Position numbers and translations under genes: made by a program
Notes under the pieces: model-generated
The model's database searches: none
Seen by the model: only the letters and a program-made list of their open reading frames with translations
Told to the model about the DNA's origin: nothing
Shown: positions 1 through 8,175 of the stretch, piece by piece
How the letters are laid out: the number at the start of each line of letters is the position of its first letter
Position numbering within the stretch: position 1 is the stretch's first letter
DNA from: a virus
Lineage: Duplodnaviria > Caudoviricetes
DNA length: 64,000 bases
Direction: 5' to 3' (one strand)
Virus record (IMG/VR): IMGVR_UViG_3300029305_003192

Positions 1-1
1 A

Positions 2-149
2 TACTATGCTAAATATAATAACTGTACAATATCAGAGGCCAATGATGCAATCCTGAAAGCACAGTCACGATTCGATAAGCAGGTATATTACACCATGCTC
101 TATATGGTTAATACGAATGATATCCATGTAATAGTTAACAGAAATCCGT
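2..149 (+). CDS. RNA polymerase beta' catalytic subunit (probably non-virion RNAP), upstream exon, 5'-truncated by window
   Basis: Frame from nt 2 reads YYAKYNNC...DIHVIVNRNP; NRxP is the conserved beta' motif preceding the DFDGD loop; frame then hits a stop inside the intron. Confidence 0.9.
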
Positions 150-526
150 TAGCATATAGCGGCTCCCAGTCGTGAGGCTGGTGAGAAAACTCTACTTTAT
201 ACGGGGAAATGCTAGCCACCTCTTTTGAGGTTCCGTGCTACATTTACAAGCGTTAGCATAATCCGTAGCCAGGTCTCAGTTTACTGAGACAAGGTTCAAC
301 GACTATCGAAAGGGTAATCCGATACTTACATCGGGTGAGTAACCGAGTAGAGTAGGGCCAAGTGGTAGGTTTCTAGATGATATTAGTCTAGAGTGATTCC
401 TTTAAACCGAAATGATGAGCATCTCATAAGAGTTTATGAGTTGGTGATATAGTCTACGCAACATGGTAACATGTTGAACCCAGTACTGGGTTGATGGTAA
501 TTAACGACTACCATTTACTTGCACGG
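150..526 (+). ncRNA. Group I self-splicing intron (377 nt, no homing endonuclease ORF)
   Basis: Exon ends CCGU149 pairing with GCGG (U.G wobble, P1); P4 TACGGG 200-205/TCCGTA 262-267; R element GTTCAACGACTA 294-305; S element GATATAGTC 446-454 (P7 GACTA/TAGTC); terminal G526; splicing restores NRNP-S-INYGS in frame. Confidence 0.92.
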
Positions 527-816
527 CAATTAACTATGGATCATTCCTTGCACTTCGTATCGTTCATGTTAAATCTGATATTGGAGATAGAACTCTCACC
601 GTTAATAAGCGTATCCTCATCGTTATGGGTGCAGACTTCGACGGTGACCAGGAGAATATATTCAGAGTATTTGGCGACTCACTTAACGCAACTATTGCGA
701 GACAGATGAACCCGAGATATACGCTCTTTATCGACAAAAAGAATAATCAACTCAATCGAGCGTTGATGCCTACGAAGGATGAAGCTATCGGCTTCTATAC
801 CTTCAATAATATCTAA
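527..816 (+). CDS. RNA polymerase beta' catalytic subunit, downstream exon
   Basis: (S)INYGSFLALRIVHVKSDIGDRTLTVNKRILIVMGADFDGDQEN: catalytic DFDGD motif, in frame with ORF 625-816. Confidence 0.92.
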
Positions 817-834
817 CGAAAGGGTTATGCTAAA

Positions 835-1104
835 ATGCCAGATAAACTCGAACTCAATATTGCATCAATTACAATCATCATTGATGTGATCGAATTAACC
901 ATCGTATTTCTGACATGTATGCTATTTATAATATCTCGCAAGTATCTATATAATAAATTCGAGATTCGATGTGCTGTCACTAATGGTGATAAGCGTAAGT
1001 TTAATCTCATAAATCATATTATTACCGCTATCGTTATTGCGATGGCGGTAATAATCCCTATTGAAATAATAATAGATGGGAGGGCATGTTGGCCTTGGAT
1101 ATAA
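835..1104 (+). CDS. Small membrane protein (2 predicted TM helices)
   Basis: 89-aa ORF with two long hydrophobic stretches, co-oriented in operon. Confidence 0.6.
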   Translation: MPDKLELNIASITIIIDVIELTIVFLTCMLFIISRKYLYNKFEIRCAVTNGDKRKFNLINHIITAIVIAMAVIIPIEIIIDGRACWPWI

Positions 1105-2204
1105 GATTCAATATGTATAAGGTCAAGTATGATAAGCTTGACCATTTAACACGTACGCTGTTTCATTCACAGCATATATCAACCGTAAATATATACATCA
1201 GTCTCGATGACATATATTGGCATTGCCGCAACGGTCAGTCCAATCACGAATTCCAGTGCTGTGGTAATATGGCACCAAAGCAGTTGGTGTCCAATGTCCT
1301 TAATATTATAGCACACTATCGTGAATGGGCGGTTAGAAAGAATTTGACAGTTAAGGTATATGCATACTACACAATGTCTACCATATTCGAGAACCGTAGC
1401 ATACGTCACGATTATAGAAGTAATTACATTAGCAGAAGTGATATAACTAATGCAGACTGCTACTATGTAAATAACTGTATCCGTGAAGCTGCACCAATTC
1501 TCAAGACAGTTACACAGTATATCGATGGCGTATACGTTGTTGATACTAGAGGATTGGAACCTTCCGCATTTCCACATCTCATGGCTACCGAACTATCCGA
1601 CAGTCCTGCAGATTGGAACTTCCTCATAACTAAAGACATCGTCGAATTCCAGTATGCATACTATGATAAGTTCTCGGTGATTTATCCGAAGGGTGATGAC
1701 TCAATGCTTCTGGATACTCCTTCAACATGGAGGCATATTGCCAATAAGGAGAAGGTGGAGAGTGAATATCTCTACAAATACCCAGATGCGTTCTTACCAA
1801 TAACACTCGCTATTGTTGGTGACAAGAAACGCTCCATCCCGAAGATAAAGGGACTTAGCTGGAGAACTATGATGAGAATGATGGATGATATTATAGTTGA
1901 TAATACTGGACTTGACCCATATTCTCATGCTATGAAATTCCTCGACTCTTTGGAAGCTAAGAACTACAAGATGTCCGAAATCCAGACAAATCTTAATCTG
2001 GTTCAGCCATCCACTAATGCAGCACTTGCTAGTGATGTAGTTAAGGAGAACATTCGTCTACAGTTCATTGATACGCCCGACTATAATAGTTTAATGGAGC
2101 TTAATCGCAGTCCGGAATTGTTTGCATCATGCCCAATAAATATAAGGTTCCTTACACGGGTAGGAGATGTAAAACCAATAAGCCCGTTCAAGCTAAATTA
2201 TTAA
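1086..2204 (+). CDS. 5'-3' exonuclease/flap-endonuclease (T4 RNase H-like) fold protein
   Basis: H3TH-like motif LAIVGDKKRSIPKIKG; several catalytic acidic residues look degenerate; start may be TTG 1095. Confidence 0.6.
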   Translation: MLALDIRFNMYKVKYDKLDHLTRTLFHSQHISTVNIYISLDDIYWHCRNGQSNHEFQCCGNMAPKQLVSNVLNIIAHYREWAVRKNLTVKVYAYYTMSTIFENRSIRHDYRSNYISRSDITNADCYYVNNCIREAAPILKTVTQYIDGVYVVDTRGLEPSAFPHLMATELSDSPADWNFLITKDIVEFQYAYYDKFSVIYPKGDDSMLLDTPSTWRHIANKEKVESEYLYKYPDAFLPITLAIVGDKKRSIPKIKGLSWRTMMRMMDDIIVDNTGLDPYSHAMKFLDSLEAKNYKMSEIQTNLNLVQPSTNAALASDVVKENIRLQFIDTPDYNSLMELNRSPELFASCPINIRFLTRVGDVKPISPFKLNY

Positions 2205-2251
2205 AAGAAAGCCCATATGGGCTTTCTTTTTTGTGTTAGGAGTGATATAAG

Positions 2252-3535
2252 TTGAAAGCAATAGATAGTATTAACTTCCGAATGTGTAAGTATAAAATGG
2301 ACCGTATCCAGTTAACGGTACCAGGGTTATCTAAACCATATCAGGTTAATACTCTGGCTATAGGTGACCTCGTAATAGAAAAGGACTTTGATAATTACCA
2401 GTACCCATACTTTCGTGTAACTATAGGTGTACCTAATAAGGTGCGACGCCTCATGCGTAAGAGTCATACTCAAATAACTGCGTATGTTCGTATGGTATAT
2501 GCATACTTCAAGACCCAGGATACGATAGGCTTACCGGATATGCATACGCAGGAGTATATATATCTATCCGAGAATTTCTATGTGTTTATGGAAGACCATA
2601 GCCCAGATGTAACTATGGACGTTGAAGAGCAGATTGAAAAGGAAACTCTTCCAGACGGTATCGTTACTGGTTTTGATAATCTTACCACTATAGAGATATT
2701 ACTTTACAAGAAGGCCGACCTTAATCTGGTCAAGCAGACACCGACTAAGGTGTATCGTAATGTTACCCTTCTCGATAGTCTCGTAGATTATATGAATACC
2801 GTTGGTATGACCAAGGTATTGATGACACCCCCGAATAATAACCTGAAAAGATATAAACAGTTTCCATACCCACCCATTAGAGTCGACGAGCAGATTCTCA
2901 GAGTATGTGGGGATTATGGTATTCATAAATGCGGTACAACTTTATTTTTCGACTTTGATAAGACCTATCTTATCGAGAAGGTTAATAAATGCACTGCATG
3001 GGTACCCAATGAATATAAGACAATCTATGTAATTGAACCGACTGCCGCGGCACATGTGTCCACCGTAATTCAGGGATGTAGTTATGAATCTGATCATTGT
3101 GGATATTGTACGATGACAAGTGCTACATCATCCGCAGATTCGATGGAACGTGAACAGGTGTTCGGTTCACGAATGGATGTTATTGATAAGAAGACAGGTA
3201 ATTACGTCGATGTGTCGGCAAACACTACAACTATTTCCGGTGGTGGTGGAAAATCACGTACTATTACCTCATATGACGGTGATGCGTCTACCGCATATGC
3301 TATACGACAGCGAATGATTGAAGAATCAAATATTCTCACTGCTGTACTCGATGGTACAGACCTTACAATGCTTGCACCAAACAAGTTATACCAGTTAGTA
3401 TTCTTATCATCCAATCTTTCTAAACATAATGGAGCATATAGGCTGAAGAAATTCACATGTGCGTTCCATGAGAATGATAGAGAATGGTTTACCCCTACAG
3501 TACTTGCTACATTTGTAGGAGACAAAATAAAATGA
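2252..3535 (+). CDS. Putative virion structural protein (possibly baseplate hub-like)
   Basis: 427-aa ORF with AGGAG SD; beta-rich C-terminus; assignment weak. Confidence 0.35.
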   Translation: MKAIDSINFRMCKYKMDRIQLTVPGLSKPYQVNTLAIGDLVIEKDFDNYQYPYFRVTIGVPNKVRRLMRKSHTQITAYVRMVYAYFKTQDTIGLPDMHTQEYIYLSENFYVFMEDHSPDVTMDVEEQIEKETLPDGIVTGFDNLTTIEILLYKKADLNLVKQTPTKVYRNVTLLDSLVDYMNTVGMTKVLMTPPNNNLKRYKQFPYPPIRVDEQILRVCGDYGIHKCGTTLFFDFDKTYLIEKVNKCTAWVPNEYKTIYVIEPTAAAHVSTVIQGCSYESDHCGYCTMTSATSSADSMEREQVFGSRMDVIDKKTGNYVDVSANTTTISGGGGKSRTITSYDGDASTAYAIRQRMIEESNILTAVLDGTDLTMLAPNKLYQLVFLSSNLSKHNGAYRLKKFTCAFHENDREWFTPTVLATFVGDKIK

Positions 3536-3540
3536 CGGTA

Positions 3541-3574
3541 AATACCCCAGTACCATAAATGGTACTGGGGTATT
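3541..3574. terminator. Bidirectional intrinsic terminator
   Basis: Perfect inverted repeat AATACCCCAGTACCAT/ATGGTACTGGGGTATT between convergent units. Confidence 0.8.
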
Positions 3575-3594
3575 TTATGTAAAACTATAGAAAG

Positions 3595-4120
3595 GTTGCA
3601 TGTCTAATGCAAGCATATGTACTCAATAACAATGACCGGCAAGGGGTAGCTCTCACATTAACAATATGAAATCATGGAGTGATTTTTAATGAAATTGCTT
3701 TATGAATACCTGAGCGCGGAAATGTATGTAACGTTCACGCTACTCTCAATACACGGGCAACTGTTCGCAACATCGTCCGCCGTATATATCAACGAGGTCT
3801 CGGCACAATCCGTTACAAGTGGCTTACGCAACATTAAGTAGATTAAGCTGTATTCATTAGTCGATGAAATCATGAGCAAGAAAATATCGACGGATGTCTT
3901 TGCGAAACTTGAACACGCTTTGGCCGGAAGAATCCGCCATTTGAACTTTTTATCACGTTAACAGGTCCTCGCCACGTTAGTGGTGTTATCTCCGGGCATT
4001 TTATCGGTATAAGATATCGGGTATCTTCGAAACTACCCGGCCTTTGTCATTGTGTATCATAATAGGACGCATTCCGCCTATAGTGAATGGCAAGTCGTCC
4101 TACATATATGTCATATGGTG
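3595..4120 (-). ncRNA. Candidate large structured ncRNA (~520 nt)
   Basis: No ORF >60 aa; long-range helix ACAATGAC 3629-3636/GTCATTGT 4046-4053 enclosing several hairpins; wobble pattern weakly favours minus strand. Confidence 0.55.
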
Positions 4121-4128
4121 TATAGATT

Positions 4129-6999
4129 TTAAATGAAGAGTTTATCATTCTCAACCTGCTTGAGACGAATACGAGATGAGTGGAATTTCTTCATACCTGC
4201 ATTAACGAATGTATTAGGAACTGTAGCGAAGTTGATACCTACATTCATGAGGTCCATTTCATATGGTCTGGAGCCAATACATGCTGAGCATATCTTCTCA
4301 CCAATACAGCACATTGGTGAACGTACTTTGATTGGTTTATTGATAAACTGCTTATAGTTCTCGTCGGTGACAGTAACTAATTTACCCTCACCTACGATGA
4401 CATTCTGACCTTCAAGGTCACGCCAATTATCCTCGGTGTATGTCAATGTTAAGTAACCCTTAGTATGACAATCTGAACCCTCTTCGTCTACTACGGTAGC
4501 GCCGAACAGAGCATAGAACTGCTTTGTTACATAACCAGCATCGGCTGTACCTACGGACTTAGGATATGAAGCAGATACCACCATGTTACCAGCTTTTGCA
4601 ATTTCGTCCTTTCTAAAGCCTTCTACATAGCTCGACTTAATAACGTCAAACTGACCTGTACCAGCATTATAAATAGGACCAATCATAGTATTGATATTCT
4701 TAAGCTGGTCATCGACTTTAGCCTTAGCACCAGATGCGAACAAAGTTCTTGATGTATCGGCATCAATTTTCTTCTTAAGCATATCTACAAGCTCATCCTC
4801 AAGAGCAGCCACTTCATCCAATGTCGGATTCGGGTTTTCTTTGAAGAATTGCTCCTTACGGGCAATAATCTTCTTGTCTGGAATAATTGTAGCCTCTGTC
4901 ATAGACGATGCGAAAATAGTAGTTGTCTTATATGCATAGAACTGAATAGCCTTAAGGAATGGCCATACTTTATCCGTGGTAATTCTATCATACTTAATAG
5001 CTGTAGCTACAAGGGCAAAAAGTTTCTCATACCCCTTCTTATCAATAGGGATATTCCAGTATCCATCTGGGATAATCTCAACGATATATGGCTCAATGAT
5101 AATCTTATTGAATGTAAGAATACCCAGGGTTGTTTCAACCGGTTTCTTATTGGTATACTGATTAGCAGCAAGAGTTACTGTATCATAATGAATATATTTG
5201 GAATTCTTAATCTTCTTGGTTTCAAGGTCGGTAGTCGTAGCAAACCATTCAGTTAACTTCTTCATACCAATATTCTTGTAGTTGGTATTCAATATCTCAG
5301 CAACAGCATGGGCTGGTGCAGGCTTACCCTTAGGGTTAAACTGCATCATAGAGTAAAGACCAAGTACACCCTCGTTACCCAGGGTCTTAATAAGTTTACC
5401 CTGACAGTCGATATAGTGCTTCTTAGACATGATAATATTCATTGTCTCGTCGTTAGCTTCCTTAGAGAACATAGCACGATGAGATGTTTGGTCGCCATCA
5501 TAGTCACCGCCGATAGCTTCGAGGAACGAGTTATCCATATTAAGAGTATCGTTGAACGCTACTGCCACCTGCTCCGGTGGTGCATCAGGTTCTACTACTG
5601 GGTAATATGGAAACTCTTTCTCAATACCCTGAATTCGAAGCTTTATTGGTGTAGTTTTGATGGTTGATAATACATGAATCATTGATGGGAAGATACCAAA
5701 GTATGAGATAAGTGGATATCTAGTAACCCACGTGGTCTTATCTGACGAGACCTCGACCGCTGCGATATATAGTAAATCAGTCCAAGTGAAATCACGATCA
5801 GCGATAGGTGCCATACCATCAGCATTCGGATTCTTCGGATCAAAAGGTCTTCCTGCAAACTTCAGTGGAATAATCTTCTGACCACTCGGAGTCTTGATTC
5901 GTACAGTCACGGGTTCAAATCTTGTCTCATAGTTATCAATGAACTTATCAATTCGCTTCTTGATAAGATCTGCAGTATAATCCTGCATTGGGTCATCAAG
6001 CTCATATGATTCAACATTACCGCCTTTAAGTGCCAAATTAAGTCGGTTACCCGATACTTCAAACTGCTCAGAAAGGTAATTGGCTACCCAACGAGCAATG
6101 AATGGGAATAATGTAACACAAAGCTCAGCAAGTGGAATACCTGTATGATTAACGTCAATAGGCACTTCATCCGGAGTATCATACTGGTCAAGTACCATAC
6201 ATGAGATAACTGAACGGTGACCATAGTCCGGAGCTTTACCTACAACGTACTTATTGAAGAAACCATCGGATTTCTCAATGATACTTCTGAAGTATTTATG
6301 GAGTTCCAGAGTCTTAAGCTGAATGCGATACTTCGCAGCATGACCCATGAATAAGAATGTCTTATCATTCAATGACTTTGCAAGACGAATGATATCGATA
6401 TACATATTATTGACCTGTGGAATCTTAGCAGGTCCATCGCCGGTTCTTTCCACATCTCTGTAGAATACCGGCTGTACTACGAACTTATTGATGAATATTT
6501 CATTCGGTTCAAATGACTCAATCATATCGATACGTTCGTTACGCTCTCTGGATTTATTACGCTTCCATTTAATCTTTGAGTAGTTCTTGATAAACCAATC
6601 CAATCCACAGTTAGCTGGATTAGCCTTCGGGTCATCATCTTTAAGTTTAATGAGGTCACCATTTTCAGTAACCTCCCAACACCCTTCGCCGGCGATACAC
6701 TTCGATATATTCTGCTGAAGTTTAGTAAGGATTTCATAAACGAATGGATGTATGATAGTTGTATTGAGATCGATATAAGCATACTGGCGCTTACGTTCAT
6801 CGACTGTCTTACCGAATATCTCTTCGGAGAATAATCCATCCACTGTAGGGATACCTTCTCTCTCAAAGGATACTGGATTGGTAACAGGCTTCATTCCGAG
6901 ATACTTAATAGACAGGTCAATTACTTCTTGCGTCTGGATGTCTACCTTTAATGGGACATCCGGTCCGACGGTGCGGACATCTGGCATTTCGTTAGCCAT
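4129..6999 (-). CDS. RNA polymerase beta' catalytic subunit (probably virion RNAP)
   Basis: GLFSEEIFG, GKAPDYGHRSVI, TRYP, GGDYDGD and TADAGYVTK beta' motifs; AAGGAGG SD before ATG 6999; late-type promoter upstream. Confidence 0.9.
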   Translation of the reverse strand: MANEMPDVRTVGPDVPLKVDIQTQEVIDLSIKYLGMKPVTNPVSFEREGIPTVDGLFSEEIFGKTVDERKRQYAYIDLNTTIIHPFVYEILTKLQQNISKCIAGEGCWEVTENGDLIKLKDDDPKANPANCGLDWFIKNYSKIKWKRNKSRERNERIDMIESFEPNEIFINKFVVQPVFYRDVERTGDGPAKIPQVNNMYIDIIRLAKSLNDKTFLFMGHAAKYRIQLKTLELHKYFRSIIEKSDGFFNKYVVGKAPDYGHRSVISCMVLDQYDTPDEVPIDVNHTGIPLAELCVTLFPFIARWVANYLSEQFEVSGNRLNLALKGGNVESYELDDPMQDYTADLIKKRIDKFIDNYETRFEPVTVRIKTPSGQKIIPLKFAGRPFDPKNPNADGMAPIADRDFTWTDLLYIAAVEVSSDKTTWVTRYPLISYFGIFPSMIHVLSTIKTTPIKLRIQGIEKEFPYYPVVEPDAPPEQVAVAFNDTLNMDNSFLEAIGGDYDGDQTSHRAMFSKEANDETMNIIMSKKHYIDCQGKLIKTLGNEGVLGLYSMMQFNPKGKPAPAHAVAEILNTNYKNIGMKKLTEWFATTTDLETKKIKNSKYIHYDTVTLAANQYTNKKPVETTLGILTFNKIIIEPYIVEIIPDGYWNIPIDKKGYEKLFALVATAIKYDRITTDKVWPFLKAIQFYAYKTTTIFASSMTEATIIPDKKIIARKEQFFKENPNPTLDEVAALEDELVDMLKKKIDADTSRTLFASGAKAKVDDQLKNINTMIGPIYNAGTGQFDVIKSSYVEGFRKDEIAKAGNMVVSASYPKSVGTADAGYVTKQFYALFGATVVDEEGSDCHTKGYLTLTYTEDNWRDLEGQNVIVGEGKLVTVTDENYKQFINKPIKVRSPMCCIGEKICSACIGSRPYEMDLMNVGINFATVPNTFVNAGMKKFHSSRIRLKQVENDKLFI

Positions 7000-7027
7000 T
7001 ATATTTAACCTCCTTTGTGAAGTCAAT

Positions 7028-7039
7028 TATATAGAGGTT
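7028..7039 (-). promoter_or_regulatory. Late-type promoter AACC-N6-TA
   Basis: AACCtctataTA ~30 nt upstream of the RNAP gene; motif recurs before many structural genes. Confidence 0.7.
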
Positions 7040-7133
7040 TTCGAATCGGGTCTTCTAAAAGCAAAAAAATCAACACCGCCTAAGTAACTAGAACCGCCAG
7101 GTACGTACCTGGCGGTGTTGATGTTAGTATGGC

Positions 7134-7523
7134 TCACCAGAGAAGGCAAGCCAGTTTATCCTCGATTTCTTCGAGGAGCTGGCGAGTTCCCTCGCCGATA
7201 TAGTACCCATACTTTTCTGCAAGTATGGATATGCTGGATGTTGGATAATCAGTGGAATTCATATCCACTAATACCGATGATATATCATCGGTATCTACTG
7301 TGATAAATAACGCCACATCCATTTTTCGTATTACGAAAAATGGAAGGAATGTACCATCACACTCGAAGAATCTTCCGTTCGCATGGATATTAGTGAAAGC
7401 GGTTATCTTTTTGAAGTCATCAACTGTGACAGTTGATTTCCGACTTTTATCCGTGGATAATTTGCGGATGATTTCCTTTGCATAGCAGGATGCTGTATTA
7501 AACTTATGATTGTAAGTATTCAT
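7134..7523 (-). CDS. Hypothetical protein, stand-alone early-type cassette
   Basis: 129 aa, GAGG SD, own promoter and terminator. Confidence 0.8.
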   Translation of the reverse strand: MNTYNHKFNTASCYAKEIIRKLSTDKSRKSTVTVDDFKKITAFTNIHANGRFFECDGTFLPFFVIRKMDVALFITVDTDDISSVLVDMNSTDYPTSSISILAEKYGYYIGEGTRQLLEEIEDKLACLLW

Positions 7524-7600
7524 AATTACCTCAACTTTCTACCACTTTATCGTGGCGGTCAAAATGATTTATTTAGAAGGCCGTATTACCTTCTATCTTA

Positions 7601-7638
7601 CTAATATGATATATATGCCATATATACGGAAATCACGG
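7601..7638 (-). promoter_or_regulatory. Early-type bipartite promoter CGTRATWT-N14-TATATAT
   Basis: CCGTGATTT-N14-TATATATCATATTAG; one of six equally spaced copies. Confidence 0.7.
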
Positions 7639-7645
7639 TGCATAG

Positions 7646-7684
7646 AAATACCCCCATTACCTATTATAGGTAATGGGGGTATTT
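7646..7684. terminator. Intrinsic terminator (CCCATTACC/GGTAATGGG family)
   Basis: Long perfect inverted repeat; same stem at ~50491, ~55897, ~60911. Confidence 0.8.
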
Positions 7685-7695
7685 AATATTCATAT

Positions 7696-7956
7696 TTATT
7701 TCTCAAGCATGATCTTCTGACCATCACTGAGCTCTATGAGGAATGTCGCAGGCGCATTTTCGGATTCATTATCAGGAAAACTTACTACCGTCATAGTTTT
7801 AATCTCTTCGGGAATTAGTTGTATTGCCTGACAGAAGCGAGTGAAGTTATTGTAGTTATCACCAAGCAACTTTTCGCATTTCTCGAAATCGAACGAACCT
7901 CCCGACCTCGTGAGCTCGGTGAATACATCGATGCGATCAATTTTCTTCTTGGACAT
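7696..7956 (-). CDS. Hypothetical protein
   Basis: 86-aa ORF with GAGG SD. Confidence 0.75.
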   Translation of the reverse strand: MSKKKIDRIDVFTELTRSGGSFDFEKCEKLLGDNYNNFTRFCQAIQLIPEEIKTMTVVSFPDNESENAPATFLIELSDGQKIMLEK

Positions 7957-7981
7957 CGGTTTCTACCTCTTTCACTAAGTA

Positions 7982-8167
7982 TTATGGGGACTGTCCTGTA
8001 AGAGCTGCTGCGAGAGCTGATGCCGCGTCATCAGCCCCGCCGTTAGCTTTCTTACGTTTAATACGGAGCTCTCTCAAGTATCCGATTTCTTTATATGTCA
8101 TCTTGAGTATTTGATCGATTGTAAGCTCTCCTTTGAAAAGGCTTAGCATCTCCTCAACGGTGGTCAT
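7982..8167 (-). CDS. Small ORF, probable -1 frameshift extension of upstream gene (tail assembly chaperone gpT-like)
   Basis: No well-spaced SD; -1 frame is open from GGTTTTT (8215-8221) into this ORF. Confidence 0.55.
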   Translation of the reverse strand: MTTVEEMLSLFKGELTIDQILKMTYKEIGYLRELRIKRKKANGGADDAASALAAALTGQSP

Positions 8168-8175
8168 AGATTGCT

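Noticed and set aside
491-709. 72-aa ORF, and 625-816 as an independent gene
   Set aside because: 491-709 is an off-frame overlap of the intron end and exon; 625-816 is the tail of the spliced RNAP gene
3595-4120. tmRNA or RNase P assignment
   Set aside because: No tRNA-Ala-like ends/T-arm and no GAGGAAAGUCC P4 signature on either strand
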